This document shows, in pieces, positions 9,315 to 18,711 of a stretch of DNA of 37,616 nt. The first letter of the stretch is position 1, and the number at the start of each line of letters is the position of its first letter. The position numbers and the translations under genes were made by a program. This stretch comes from an uncultured virus (IMG/VR IMGVR_UViG_3300012209_000001) (lineage: Duplodnaviria > Heunggongvirae > Uroviricota > Caudoviricetes): IMG/VR virus record IMGVR_UViG_3300012209_000001. The stretch is one strand, 5' to 3'. The notes under the pieces are model-generated. The model saw nothing but the letters and a program-made list of their open reading frames with translations, was not told the origin of the DNA and did no database searches.

Positions 9315-9751
9315 TATTCATCCTCCTGAGAGTTGAGTATCTCATTCACTTTCTGGACATTTTCATCATCAGTGAGAAAGTTGCCGAGATGCCAACTGCG
9401 ACGACGTATCTGCAGTGCTGTCATAGCAACTTGGAAGTTCTGTTCGTCCAGACTGGTCACGAAATCAACAGGAGAGGCCTGTGTGTATCCTGCGTTAAAC
9501 AAATTGCCTGCCAACTGAATGAGAGCAAGATAGCCACCAGACCAGTGCTCATTGGCTATTAGCTCATCAAACTTGATCCCATCGCGACCCACGTAACTCT
9601 TAGCTCGTTCCCACGTGCCACTATTGGAAGTCAAAATGTATAGTGCCGCCCCGTACTCCTCGTTAATGTGCCCTTCGTAGATTTTTCCGGTTTGTTGAAT
9701 GGCAACAAGGAAACGCTGTCTGTGATTCTCGGATTTGAAAATGATTTTCAT
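9314..9751 (-). CDS. conserved phage protein (DUF2538/DUF6075-like)
   Basis: F.SE.H..RF...EYGAALYILT...WSGG...LAGNLFN pattern; family recalled, not searched. Confidence 0.55.
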   Translation of the reverse strand: MKIIFKSENHRQRFLVAIQQTGKIYEGHINEEYGAALYILTSNSGTWERAKSYVGRDGIKFDELIANEHWSGGYLALIQLAGNLFNAGYTQASPVDFVTSLDEQNFQVAMTALQIRRRSWHLGNFLTDDENVQKVNEILNSQEDE

Positions 9752-10047
9752 TTGTGATCCTCGTACTGCTTGATAATGTGTTGCACCATCTTATGTACTC
9801 GCTCAATATCATCTGGTGTTGGTAACAATCCCTCGCGTTCGAGATAAGCGTGCTCTATCTCGCGCATCTTTGCAAAGAGTTCACTATCGTGTGCAGCCCG
9901 CTCTTCTAGCTCAATCGTCAGGTCAAGGTCGTGGTCATCCCACGGGTGTTTGTCGAAGAGTGCCTGATACAGTGCGATATCATTGGCTCTGCTCAGTTGT
10001 TCGCCACGTTGCGCGGCGGCGATGGCTTGCTCGAAAAAGTCTTTCAC
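9748..10047 (-). CDS. hypothetical protein
   Basis: GTGA/ATGA-coupled ORF. Confidence 0.6.
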   Translation of the reverse strand: MKDFFEQAIAAAQRGEQLSRANDIALYQALFDKHPWDDHDLDLTIELEERAAHDSELFAKMREIEHAYLEREGLLPTPDDIERVHKMVQHIIKQYEDHK

Positions 10048-10580
10048 AATATTTCCTCTTCATCCTCGGTGACTATGAGATCGTTTGCCTTGACCTCGAT
10101 TGTTCCCTTATCGGTGCGGCGTTCCCCTTGCCACTTCACGGAGCCATTCAGGGCATAGCCCCACGGGCTAAGAAAGTGCTGGATAAGAAATTGCAGCCAT
10201 TCTACGTAGTCGTAGAACTTCTCTGCTCCATTCCACTTAATGGCTGTCCCTTGCTCATTAGGTGCCCATTTGCACCATAAGCCAGGAACGCCAGCAGGAG
10301 TGGGGTTATAGTTAACCAGAGCAGGATGATAAGCTGGACGCCCATTGCAGCTATAGTGTGTGAGGCTGATACTGTAATCTGTAATCCCGGTAAAGTAGAT
10401 GCTGAATAAGCCTAATGGTAGTTCTGCTGCTTCGCGTATTGGATCGGGGATAGATGGTAACATGCTCTCATTCCACAGCATATGGCGCGTCTCCGCAAAA
10501 CGCTCAAGGTAGGCTTTGTGTCCTGGCGTTAGTGGTTTGTCTAAATCGAATTGTCCTTCAAATGTTGTCGTGTATCCCAT
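10044..10580 (-). CDS. conserved phage hypothetical protein
   Basis: MGYTTTFEG...PGLWCKW...WNGAEKFYDYVEWLQFLI...LNGSVKWQGE; recalled as a recurring phage family. Confidence 0.7.
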   Translation of the reverse strand: MGYTTTFEGQFDLDKPLTPGHKAYLERFAETRHMLWNESMLPSIPDPIREAAELPLGLFSIYFTGITDYSISLTHYSCNGRPAYHPALVNYNPTPAGVPGLWCKWAPNEQGTAIKWNGAEKFYDYVEWLQFLIQHFLSPWGYALNGSVKWQGERRTDKGTIEVKANDLIVTEDEEEIL

Positions 10581-10597
10581 CGTTAACTTGCTTTCTG

Positions 10598-11107
10598 CTA
10601 GTGGTTGTAAATTGCCGGATTTTCGCAGTTCTTCAATGCCCACTTCACCCACCAGTCTAGCCAGACGAGTCTGGCTAGGATAGGGTCAAGTCCATTGCTA
10701 ACGTAGTCATTGCCCCAATGGAATTCATCAAATCCAGGTTGCGCATCAGGGTGTCTTGCTTTCCATCGGTTGAGGGCCTGCTCAATAGCCAGAGCGTGTT
10801 CAACATGGAGTGCTGTATGTCCAGGGTGCTCACGCATAAGACCGGTTTCACGGTTGAAGAAGAGATCGCGGAGTCCCACCTCATCGCAGAACTCTCCCCA
10901 CTGGCTATAGCCGGGATGTCTGCCATTGCTGTTTTTCGTCATTTCATCGTTGGGGAATGTTGGCGCGTCCGGTTGGTGTATCTCTTTGACCATAGGATCG
11001 TAGTAACAAACTTTGCCATTGACGACGCGAGAGTAGCCTGTGGTGTACTCTTCGTCCTCTTCGATTGGCTCCATTTTGAGTTCGCCGATGTAGATTGAAT
11101 AACTCAT
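10598..11107 (-). CDS. conserved phage hypothetical protein
   Basis: MSYSIYIGE...RHPGYSQWGEFC...RLVWLDWWVKWAL; AGGAGG RBS. Confidence 0.7.
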   Translation of the reverse strand: MSYSIYIGELKMEPIEEDEEYTTGYSRVVNGKVCYYDPMVKEIHQPDAPTFPNDEMTKNSNGRHPGYSQWGEFCDEVGLRDLFFNRETGLMREHPGHTALHVEHALAIEQALNRWKARHPDAQPGFDEFHWGNDYVSNGLDPILARLVWLDWWVKWALKNCENPAIYNH

Positions 11108-11388
11108 GCTTGTGCCTCCTGAACTGTGGTTTGTTGCTTCTCTGCCATAATCGCGGCAATTTGACGATCAACCTTTTCCTGGTGCTTATCGTATCGGGCC
11201 TCAAGCAATGCCTGGTTCTCTGGTGTATCAGGGAGGACAGCATCAGATTTGCAAATGCTACGAACGCCTGTAGACCACTTGACGCGCACATACTCAGTAC
11301 TCTCGCGGGTCCAACTTTCAAGAACAAAGCCTTCGTAGATGCCATCACTGATGTTCTTCTTGAGCACTTTGTCAAATTCTGCGTACAT
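11104..11388 (-). CDS. hypothetical protein
   Basis: GAGGA RBS; coupled ORF. Confidence 0.6.
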   Translation of the reverse strand: MYAEFDKVLKKNISDGIYEGFVLESWTRESTEYVRVKWSTGVRSICKSDAVLPDTPENQALLEARYDKHQEKVDRQIAAIMAEKQQTTVQEAQA

Positions 11389-11390
11389 GA

Positions 11391-11597
11391 TTATTCCTCT
11401 CCCAGCATCTCCCTGATATCGAGGATGTCTCCCATCGCTTGTGTCAGATCCAGGTCTATTTTCTTGAGTGCCAAGTCCTTGTGTAGCGGCGAGAGTGTAT
11501 CTAAGGCACTCTGTACTGTAACCTCAAGATTGTAGATGAGATCACGTAGACGGTCTTCATCGATGCGACTTTGCTTCGTGGTTGCTTCAGCGTTCAT
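11391..11597 (-). CDS. hypothetical protein, first gene of the leftward operon
   Basis: AAAGGG RBS; downstream of a promoter. Confidence 0.6.
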   Translation of the reverse strand: MNAEATTKQSRIDEDRLRDLIYNLEVTVQSALDTLSPLHKDLALKKIDLDLTQAMGDILDIREMLGEE

Positions 11598-11654
11598 ATC
11601 AGCCCTTTCTCATTATAATTCTTGTGTTCAATATCGTACAATCATATTGTCTAA

Positions 11655-11731
11655 ATTATAGATTATGGTACTACTGTATGTCAAGTGCTAACGTTTTATC
11701 GGATTGACGTGATATCATAATTGTGTATAAT
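11655..11731. promoter_or_regulatory. divergent promoters
   Basis: Minus: TTGACA(11684-79)-18-TATAAT(11660-55); plus: TTGACG(11704)-16-TATAAT(11726). Confidence 0.65.
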
Positions 11732-11764
11732 TAAAGACAGAGTAATCAGCCTGAGGAGGGAATC

Positions 11765-11998
11765 ATGAACAAGCAGCAAGATACAATAACATCTCAAGAA
11801 GCAGCCGATATGTTGGGTGTTGAACTTGGCTATCTGTACTTTTTGAATAGAACAAACCAATTGTCGCCTATTCCGCAAAAAACAATAAAGCAAAAGCCAA
11901 GATTGAAATATCGCCGCTCTGATGTTCAGGCATTCTTGGAGAAACAAGAGCAAAAAGCCAAGGAGGATGACTTTCGACACCTCCAACCTGCCAGTTAA
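11765..11998 (+). CDS. MerR-like/HTH_17 DNA-binding protein
   Basis: ITSQEAADMLGV...LKYRRSDVQAF; GAGGAGG RBS. Confidence 0.8.
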   Translation: MNKQQDTITSQEAADMLGVELGYLYFLNRTNQLSPIPQKTIKQKPRLKYRRSDVQAFLEKQEQKAKEDDFRHLQPAS

Positions 11999-12007
11999 AA
12001 ATAAATG

Positions 12008-12044
12008 ATATGGGGCACGTTGCTCTGGTGCCCCGTTATATTTT
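12008..12044. terminator. terminator between convergent units
   Basis: GGGGCAC/GTGCCCC stem with AT-rich flanks. Confidence 0.6.
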
Positions 12045-12133
12045 CCACACATACGATTCCCCAAATATACTTGTAAAGAGTAAGTTACTAAGTTTCGCAG
12101 TTGGTATAAACCCCGTAAAATCGGAGCCTTTTC

Positions 12134-12277
12134 TTACAAATCCTCATTCCAACACGAATACTCTCGCCACAATCCCGGCCAAAATACCAGCGGCCAGCCC
12201 AGCATCAGCAACACGATAGCCAGTGGTACGCTGCCCATGAGGCCGAGTGTGAAGAGTGCGCGATCTCTGCGGTTCAT
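12134..12277 (-). CDS. 47-aa membrane peptide (not in ORF track)
   Basis: MNRRDRALFTLGLMGSVPLAIVLLMLGWPLVFWPGLW...; AGGAG RBS; ATGA overlap. Confidence 0.55.
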   Translation of the reverse strand: MNRRDRALFTLGLMGSVPLAIVLLMLGWPLVFWPGLWREYSCWNEDL

Positions 12278-12549
12278 GATTGCTCCTGATATTCTGCGAG
12301 TGCATCAGTGACTCTTGATCGTAAGTCTGTTTCGTCTGTGTGTTCAATATGGGGCATGCACTCTCGCAAGAGACGCACGATCTTATCGTTCTCTTGTTGT
12401 GTGCGCTCAAAGCGGACAGCCCTCATCATAATCTGTGCCCACGGGAGATCGGCCCGGTCTTTGCGTTTGTGATAGAGATCGAGTAGTTCCGTGGTGGATA
12501 GCTGAAATATGATGCTGTCGTTGACATTGTCTGCTGGCTGGTCTTTCAT
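12274..12549 (-). CDS. hypothetical protein
   Basis: AAGGAG RBS; ATGA overlap. Confidence 0.55.
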   Translation of the reverse strand: MKDQPADNVNDSIIFQLSTTELLDLYHKRKDRADLPWAQIMMRAVRFERTQQENDKIVRLLRECMPHIEHTDETDLRSRVTDALAEYQEQS

Positions 12550-12755
12550 TGGGCACTCCTTGTCACCTCTGCTAGCTGCCACGCCTCGGTTACTTCGCTG
12601 AACGGCACGCTCAAATCCTGCAAGCAGAGCATCATCTGTACCAGAGCGCGGAAGCCTACTTTTTTTTGGTATCTCACTGCAATATCTTCTATTTGTTCTA
12701 TGGTGAATCCTGCTTCTTTGAGTTTTTGTAGTTCTTGAATATCCATCCTCGACAT
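12546..12755 (-). CDS. hypothetical protein
   Basis: AAGGGA RBS. Confidence 0.55.
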   Translation of the reverse strand: MSRMDIQELQKLKEAGFTIEQIEDIAVRYQKKVGFRALVQMMLCLQDLSVPFSEVTEAWQLAEVTRSAQ

Positions 12756-12771
12756 ATCCCTTCTATGGTAT

Positions 12772-12981
12772 TTATTTGACTCTTTTGTTGTCTTGTAGTT
12801 TCTGTTTACCTTTTTCTGTCAGCCGGTACGTGCCGTCTCCTCGGTTGTAGCTCACCCATCCGGGCAACTCCATCTGGTAGAGGCTCGGTAAGTTGCCTTC
12901 GTCTTTCATGTTTCGAATGGTTTGATTGATGCGTCCAAGCGTTGGGTTCCCGTTCCTTTGATACGTTCTCTGCGTATTCAT
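12772..12981 (-). CDS. small winged-helix-like protein
   Basis: GWVSY...GTYRLTEKGKQKL wing motif. Confidence 0.55.
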   Translation of the reverse strand: MNTQRTYQRNGNPTLGRINQTIRNMKDEGNLPSLYQMELPGWVSYNRGDGTYRLTEKGKQKLQDNKRVK

Positions 12982-12983
12982 AC

Positions 12984-13253
12984 CTATATATACTCTTTTG
13001 CTTGTTTACCTTCTTGTAGCCGTTCGCTACACTCAAACCGCTTGTTATAAATTATATCCAGATCAGGATTAGGCGGTCTGTTGAGCAGTGGGTTGTTGCT
13101 CTGTACCGGGCTGCGATAGCGCACTCCATACGGCGATGGTGGCTCCTGCCCGCGTTTATATCGTGGTCGGTAGCCCTTTGTATCGTTTCTGCACAATACG
13201 AGCGATATGATGCAGCAGAACAGTAGTGCAGCCAGGAGTACTATAGCAATCAT
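12984..13253 (-). CDS. membrane-anchored hypothetical protein
   Basis: N-terminal hydrophobic helix; coupled ORF. Confidence 0.55.
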   Translation of the reverse strand: MIAIVLLAALLFCCIISLVLCRNDTKGYRPRYKRGQEPPSPYGVRYRSPVQSNNPLLNRPPNPDLDIIYNKRFECSERLQEGKQAKEYI

Positions 13254-13537
13254 GGCTCGTCCTGCACAGTCTCATAAAGTTCAGCGCACTCCTGGCACAT
13301 TCTGTTTATCTCTGTACTTAGCTGGTCTGTTGGCTTGCGTACGGCACAGTGCATACAGCAGAACGTCTCGTGTTGTGGCTCAGGTGGCAGTGCTGCTCTT
13401 TGCCAGCATTCCTCGCATACTTGCAGAACAAGTACAGCAAAGGCCCATGCAATGAGCGCCTCGACAAAGTGCCTACTAGAGATGAAATCAAAGCCTCTCG
13501 CCAGAATGATACCGAGTAGGGTGATGAGCACGATCAT
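13250..13537 (-). CDS. membrane protein with C-terminal Zn finger
   Basis: Two hydrophobic segments; CMHC...CQEC. Confidence 0.6.
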   Translation of the reverse strand: MIVLITLLGIILARGFDFISSRHFVEALIAWAFAVLVLQVCEECWQRAALPPEPQHETFCCMHCAVRKPTDQLSTEINRMCQECAELYETVQDEP

Positions 13538-13722
13538 AGGGTTTGTTCCTGTTCCAATGGATCACTCGATGGGAAAATCTGTTGAATCTCTTCTTCCGTG
13601 ACTCGTTCTCTCATTCTCCTGGTACGAGATCCCCAGGCATATCCAATGGTGCATCCAATGATGGTTATGACAATGGCTGCCAGGGCTGTCAACTCGTAGG
13701 CGGCAAATGCGGCGCTATTCAT
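13534..13722 (-). CDS. single-pass membrane protein
   Basis: One TM helix; AGGAG RBS; coupled. Confidence 0.55.
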   Translation of the reverse strand: MNSAAFAAYELTALAAIVITIIGCTIGYAWGSRTRRMRERVTEEEIQQIFPSSDPLEQEQTL

Positions 13723-13934
13723 TTCAGTTCTCCTGTCAGGTAGTATCCCTCGCTATCTTCAGCAATGAGCCCTTTCGACAACATTTCATCGAGACGGGTT
13801 GCAACGCTCTCTCTGGTCGGGAAAAGAACAATGTCCCGGCTATCTGGGCCGATTGCATTGCTCCGAACCGTGGCGAACACATCGAATCTCCCATCTTTGT
13901 CCTGAAAGCCAATAATGAGGCTATGTTCGCTCAT
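13719..13934 (-). CDS. hypothetical protein (winged-helix-like C-terminus)
   Basis: GAGGT RBS; RLDEMLSKGLIAE..GYYLT. Confidence 0.5.
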   Translation of the reverse strand: MSEHSLIIGFQDKDGRFDVFATVRSNAIGPDSRDIVLFPTRESVATRLDEMLSKGLIAEDSEGYYLTGELK

Positions 13935-14127
13935 AGGGTACCTCGCTGATACTGCCTTCGACGTAGACGCCCATGTGATCGAAGTGGACATCCGTATTCA
14001 TGTTATTGTAGTTTGAACTTGAGAAAGTAAACGTTTGCTGCTGTTGACGTTGACGTAACTGTTCAATAATTGTGGCGTCCTGGCCGCGAGAATTTTCGAT
14101 GTTGATACTGGTCATATCGGAGTTCAC
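13921..14127 (-). CDS. hypothetical protein
   Basis: GTGA overlap; fills the operon gap. Confidence 0.4.
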   Translation of the reverse strand: MNSDMTSINIENSRGQDATIIEQLRQRQQQQTFTFSSSNYNNMNTDVHFDHMGVYVEGSISEVPYERT

Positions 14128-14273
14128 GGTTTATGCTCGCTTTCGGCCTGATCAGGTTCCTCTTTAAGTTTGTCAGACAGCACTTTGACATCGGCGATAA
14201 GTTGGTTGATCTGTGTTTGTTGTTGGAGCAGCATCTCTTCAATCCGCTCCAACGCTTCAAGAAAAAAATCCAT
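14124..14273 (-). CDS. 49-aa coiled-coil peptide (not in ORF track)
   Basis: MDFFLEALERIEEMLLQQQTQINQLIADVKVLSDKLKEE... Confidence 0.55.
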   Translation of the reverse strand: MDFFLEALERIEEMLLQQQTQINQLIADVKVLSDKLKEEPDQAESEHKP

Positions 14274-14299
14274 GCTGCCCCTGCCTTTCTTCTGGTTGC

Positions 14300-14536
14300 C
14301 TAAGTCGATGGATTGAGCAAGGCGTCAAGTGTCGATTTTTTGATACGGTACGCCTGGCGTGCTCTCACATGGGGAAGTGTTACGGCCTCCAGTGCGCCAC
14401 TTTTAACCCAACGCCTGACCGTTGTATCGTCAACTCGTAACCGGCGCGCAACTTCGCGGACGGTTAGCAATTCATCCGTTGGCTGTTCTATTGACTGTTG
14501 TGCTTTCTGTTTCTTGGCAAGTTTTTCTTGGTTCAT
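14300..14536 (-). CDS. excisionase-like HTH_17 DNA-binding protein
   Basis: LLTVREVARRLRVDDTTVRRWVKSGALEAV...YRIKKSTL. Confidence 0.9.
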   Translation of the reverse strand: MNQEKLAKKQKAQQSIEQPTDELLTVREVARRLRVDDTTVRRWVKSGALEAVTLPHVRARQAYRIKKSTLDALLNPST

Positions 14537-14748
14537 TTCGGTATTTCTACTTTCTTTAATTGTTGCGTTGACATTGGCTCAGTAACATAATCTGATTTGA
14601 TAGCGCGGTGGCTGGTAGTGAGAAGTCCATCATCTTCATCTTCGTAATCGCCAGGTGGGACATCTTCGCCTATGGCCCGGTAGCTGCGCCAGAGGCGAAA
14701 GGGATTAACAGGATTGATTGATCGATGTTTCCGAGAGAATAATTTCAA
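14533..14748 (-). CDS. hypothetical protein
   Basis: Probable TTG start after GAGGA; ATGA overlap downstream. Confidence 0.45.
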   Translation of the reverse strand: MKLFSRKHRSINPVNPFRLWRSYRAIGEDVPPGDYEDEDDGLLTTSHRAIKSDYVTEPMSTQQLKKVEIPK

Positions 14749-14755
14749 TGAATCC

Positions 14756-15421
14756 TCATTCGCAAATGAATTGGTCTCCAAGATACTTGTCAATCACGAC
14801 AAGCACACGCGTACCGGGAAAGAACTTGCCTTCATCCAGCAAGGGACTTAGCGTCAGGTTATTTATAGCCGTCATTTTGATGATGTGAGGCATACAATCA
14901 AAATCTTCAAAAAACTCTTTGTCGGGGTGCAAAGTGATAAAACGTGCCTGGTAGCAGTTGCGTATGGTTTCCTGCCCCTGTTCTATAAGCTTTTGTTGGA
15001 TGTGTTTGAGTTCATCCAGTGCGTCCTGGTAGGTATGATGGTTGCTTGTCGGCTTGTTTGGTTGTTGATCTTGTGTAATATTTTCCATGATTTCTCCGGT
15101 GTTCGGTAATGGTCGCGGTGTATTCGCTTTCTCGATGATGCTATGTGGAAGTGGTGTAATGGGATGCATGATAGTATCTTGATCAGCTAATTGCTGCATG
15201 GTGGGAGACCACGGCGAGATCAGGGGATCAGTATCAGGAAACAGCGTCGTGTCTCTCCTGCTTAGCAACGTCATGAGTTTAGCGTGATACAACTCTAACT
15301 GTTTTTTGACAACAGTCTCGATATACCATTGTCGTTTTTGACGATCATCTTCTTTTCTGCGTAGTTCAGATTCGTCTTTTGTCAATTTGCGTAAAGAGGA
15401 TTGGTTGTCGTGGGTCGCCAT
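14756..15421 (-). CDS. hypothetical protein
   Basis: 221-aa ORF in the operon. Confidence 0.6.
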   Translation of the reverse strand: MATHDNQSSLRKLTKDESELRRKEDDRQKRQWYIETVVKKQLELYHAKLMTLLSRRDTTLFPDTDPLISPWSPTMQQLADQDTIMHPITPLPHSIIEKANTPRPLPNTGEIMENITQDQQPNKPTSNHHTYQDALDELKHIQQKLIEQGQETIRNCYQARFITLHPDKEFFEDFDCMPHIIKMTAINNLTLSPLLDEGKFFPGTRVLVVIDKYLGDQFICE

Positions 15422-15490
15422 AATATTTTCACTTCTTCTACATCCTCACGTCAACGCGAAACAGCCGCGTAGGGCGTTGTGGGTGCTAAA

Positions 15491-15922
15491 CTATAGCTCT
15501 ACAATGTCAATGTTGTAGATCTCCTTCATCAGCTTCTTGCACCGTTTGTGTTCCTGAGACTTCCGTGTTTCAGGAGACTTGATATCTTCGACAATATGTC
15601 TGCCACCAGCTTCCAGATCGTCATAATTGGCATCATCGATGTAGCGCCCTACTTCCACACCGCTAATGACCAGTGGATAGACTGTATGAAATCTAAGGTT
15701 GGTGATTTTACCTGCAGCGGATAGTGCTCGCAGGTCTTTCATTCGCCGATACTCTCGCAGCGAACTAAATGTAACGCTGGGCTCTGTGACACTCTCAGCG
15801 TTACTAGCGTGAAACGGACAGTACTTGCACCGCTTGATCAGAGGATTCCATTCTTCTGGAGTGATATATGCCCCGCAACTACGAGGACATCGATAAATGT
15901 GTGGAACGTACACTTTTGTCAT
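15491..15922 (-). CDS. DUF1064-like PD-(D/E)XK nuclease with N-terminal Zn ribbon
   Basis: FSSLRE...AGKITNL...Y.DDANY...IVEDIK; CPRSC...CKYC. Confidence 0.7.
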   Translation of the reverse strand: MTKVYVPHIYRCPRSCGAYITPEEWNPLIKRCKYCPFHASNAESVTEPSVTFSSLREYRRMKDLRALSAAGKITNLRFHTVYPLVISGVEVGRYIDDANYDDLEAGGRHIVEDIKSPETRKSQEHKRCKKLMKEIYNIDIVEL

Positions 15923-16325
15923 CCGGACACCCCTTCGTTGAGAGAGCCGTGTTCGACAAGGAAGCATACAAGCGCCTGACGCCACTGGTTTGATCGGAAT
16001 GAGTGGTACTTTTGGTATAACCTGAGCAAGTAACCAGACTCCAACCGTGTAAAATCTGAATTGGAATATTCGAGACTTGACCACACAGTCATGGAGAAAT
16101 CATGACTGAAAATTGTGGGAAGGAAGATGTGAGTATGTGGAACCCTGGCGTGTCTCATGTGAGAACGCCTTGGAAGGAAGTAACCAATACCAGTAATATC
16201 AAGAGATGCCCAAATATACAAATACATAACGTCTATCCACACATCAACTATCCAGGAAACGACATCTAAAGCCAATAGGATATGATATACTGTGTGTTGT
16301 TATAATTAACAACGACAACTTGCTA

Positions 16326-16355
16326 AGTATAGTCCGCTGTTATCGGACTTGTCAA
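16326..16355 (-). promoter_or_regulatory. leftward promoter with operator in the spacer
   Basis: TTGACA-18-TATACT; palindrome AGTCCG-N7-CGGACT at 16331-16349. Confidence 0.7.
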
Positions 16356-16434
16356 GGGAAAATCTATCATTCTCTTATCATTTTCTTAACAGTGTTTTTG
16401 TATGTAATAGTCTCATTAAAGGAGAGACATTCTT

Positions 16435-16875
16435 GTGATCCAACATCAGCCGCCACCAGGCATTTGCTATGAAGACTATGATGGAAAGCGTTTTTGTGAG
16501 GTAATTGCCTCCTTTGTGCAGCAGTCCGGTCTCTCTCAGTCTAGGATTGTTGAGCGAGCTAATGAACGATCTCGCGAAAGCGCCATTTACATGCTTGCTC
16601 CAAATTTACAGCGTTCCACGTTGAGCCGTCTTGTACGAGGCATTGATTCAGTGAGTAATCTCACGCTCTACCGTATTGCACGCCTTGGGCTGGGTCTTCC
16701 TGAAGAGACGTGTACTTGGCTCGAACGATTACGGCAGATGGAAGCACCTGTTAACCACACGACGCAGCCTCGCAACGTCGTTGTAGCCCCACAAAAGCAT
16801 ACTTCGCACAAAGATGGTGAGTCCGAACCCCCAAAAGTGCCTTTCTGGATAAACGAAATCTCTATTGTTCTCTAG
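16435..16875 (+). CDS. XRE-like HTH transcriptional regulator
   Basis: SGLSQSRIV...LQRSTLSRLVRG; AAAGGAG RBS. Confidence 0.65.
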   Translation: MIQHQPPPGICYEDYDGKRFCEVIASFVQQSGLSQSRIVERANERSRESAIYMLAPNLQRSTLSRLVRGIDSVSNLTLYRIARLGLGLPEETCTWLERLRQMEAPVNHTTQPRNVVVAPQKHTSHKDGESEPPKVPFWINEISIVL

Positions 16876-16957
16876 TCTTGTTACACTACCATGCTGTATC
16901 ATGCTAGTGGCTTGAAATTCAACAAACTGTGTTCTCAAGCCGATTGATAGTCAATGT

Positions 16958-16976
16958 AGTCAGGAGATACCGGACT
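16958..16976. promoter_or_regulatory. second copy of the operator
   Basis: AGTCAG-N7-CGGACT; half-sites differ by one base from the 16331 site. Confidence 0.55.
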
Positions 16977-16986
16977 ATTATGGAGC

Positions 16987-17496
16987 ATGAGTATGGAGGT
17001 GCTGAGATTGTCTGACTTGCCTACCGGCGAGGGAAAGACGTTCAGACAGAAGGAAAACTTGAATAGGTTAGGTCGGTGGGTAGAGGCGCTCAATACCATC
17101 CTGGGCACAAACCAAACAGAAATGGCCGGGCGCATTGGCATCGTGAAACAAACGCTTTCAGATGCGACGCGGGGGAAAGGTGGAGCTGGAAGAGAAACGA
17201 TTCTTGCGCTTGCCGAAAAGTATCGCTTGTTGGCAGAGTCCAGGGGTGTAACACTACCTGTGGCATGGGAACTCTTCTTTAGTGTCTCCTGGTTTGATAG
17301 TAGCGAGGTAATTGGTGGTGCGGATCAGACACTAGAAAGTTTGGAGTTTGTAGCGTCAGTTATCAAGGAACGTGACATGCTTAGGCGTAACATTGTAAAA
17401 GAACGAACAAGAAAGGAAGAATTAGCTCGTGAGAATCAGATTTTGCGTCGAGAGAACCGTGCCATGAAAAAGGAGATTGAGCGACTCAGGGGATAA
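16987..17496 (+). CDS. XRE-family HTH repressor with C-terminal coiled coil
   Basis: GTNQTEMAGRIGIVKQTLSDATRG; heptad-rich C-terminus. Confidence 0.7.
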   Translation: MSMEVLRLSDLPTGEGKTFRQKENLNRLGRWVEALNTILGTNQTEMAGRIGIVKQTLSDATRGKGGAGRETILALAEKYRLLAESRGVTLPVAWELFFSVSWFDSSEVIGGADQTLESLEFVASVIKERDMLRRNIVKERTRKEELARENQILRRENRAMKKEIERLRG

Positions 17497-17594
17497 GAGG
17501 GAACTCTTAGCTTATCTGGCTTTTCAAACTAATGGTTCCCTCTCAAAAAAACATATCCAGTTGATTATAACGTCTTTCCATGTTTTGTAAAGTG

Positions 17595-17631
17595 AGGCCG
17601 CTTCTCATGCGAGATAGCGGCCTTTTTGTTT
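17595..17631 (+). terminator. intrinsic terminator
   Basis: AGGCCGCT...AGCGGCCT stem followed by a T tract. Confidence 0.7.
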
Positions 17632-17716
17632 GAAGATTCCCCATTGGACGATAACATTGTTAACTACTTGTTAACGCGTTGTTGCGGCAGCTTGTATGCT
17701 ATTGCAACTTGGCTGA

Positions 17717-17956
17717 TTATGATTGCCGCTTTTGTTCTGTACTGTCGTTTTCAGTTTCGCTCTCTTGTTTCGGTTTGTAGCCAGCGATGAGCCCGTCTTT
17801 GTAATGGACTCGCATAATCATTGGCAGGTCTTGTCTATCTGCTTCTCGCTCGGCTTCTTCACGTAGTTGAGCAACCCGATAACTGGGAAAGCGTGCATAG
17901 AGACGTTGCCCGGCTTCATAGCCCTGATTAAAAGTTAACTGATAATTGATTGACAC
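17717..17956 (-). CDS. hypothetical protein
   Basis: GGGAGG RBS before GTG. Confidence 0.55.
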   Translation of the reverse strand: MSINYQLTFNQGYEAGQRLYARFPSYRVAQLREEAEREADRQDLPMIMRVHYKDGLIAGYKPKQESETENDSTEQKRQS

Positions 17957-18067
17957 CGGTTCTACCTCCCTGTGATACAATCTAACGTGCTGGATGCCCA
18001 TCCTAAAGTGCTAGCCGACGCTCTGAATGCGACCAGAGCGTTAGGCAGTGCTGAACTCTATAACCCC

Positions 18068-18337
18068 TCACAAACTAGAATGCTCGTCTTCCATCGCCTC
18101 AGACAACGAACCACCATCCAAGGCAAAACGATCATCTGTAATGTGGTCTGTTCCGATGTCGGCTGCATGAGGCATTTCTATCAACTCTAGCCCGTATGCC
18201 TTGAGGTTGCCAAGTTGAGGTGCGTCTTCTGGAATTGTCCACGTCTTAGTGAGTGAGTCCCATTTGCAGAGACGTTTAGCATATTTGAGTCCTCTGGCAT
18301 AATCGTTTTTAATTGGCCTGACAGCGATTAGTAACAT
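18068..18337 (-). CDS. hypothetical protein
   Basis: GAGGAG RBS; KWDSLTKTW motif. Confidence 0.55.
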   Translation of the reverse strand: MLLIAVRPIKNDYARGLKYAKRLCKWDSLTKTWTIPEDAPQLGNLKAYGLELIEMPHAADIGTDHITDDRFALDGGSLSEAMEDEHSSL

Positions 18338-18350
18338 TGCTATTGCTCCT

Positions 18351-18614
18351 CTACATCTCGATCTTCTGGTGTTCATTAATATGTTGTGCGAACTGCTCAT
18401 AAGAGAGTCGTGTTACGTTGCTATCGGTACCAAAGCAAGCAGTACTGGCAATGCGTACCGTCCCCTGTCCATCAGACTCAAAGTTGACACTCTTACGCCC
18501 CAGGATGTTTGCACCGAATAATTCACGCTGTTGTGCTGCTGTCAACTTGTGATAGTCGTCGCCTTCCAGATCGTTCATCGCTGCGATTGCCGCTACATCG
18601 TACTTGGTAATCAT
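18351..18614 (-). CDS. hypothetical protein
   Basis: AAGGAG RBS; downstream of a promoter. Confidence 0.6.
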   Translation of the reverse strand: MITKYDVAAIAAMNDLEGDDYHKLTAAQQRELFGANILGRKSVNFESDGQGTVRIASTACFGTDSNVTRLSYEQFAQHINEHQKIEM

Positions 18615-18678
18615 CCCATCTCTCCTTAATTGAATTGTTGGGAGTAATCCGTTTTCAAAACAGGAAACCTCCTTAATT

Positions 18679-18710
18679 TAATAATACCGTACATACGTTG
18701 ATTTTGTCAA
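18679..18710 (-). promoter_or_regulatory. leftward promoter, twin of 19866-19897
   Basis: TTGACAAAATCAACGTATGTACGGTATTATTA on the minus strand. Confidence 0.8.
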
Positions 18711-18711
18711 G

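Noticed and set aside
15919..16275. 118-aa ORF downstream of the 16326 promoter
   Set aside because: TTG start without a clear RBS and no recognisable motif; may be real but cannot be supported
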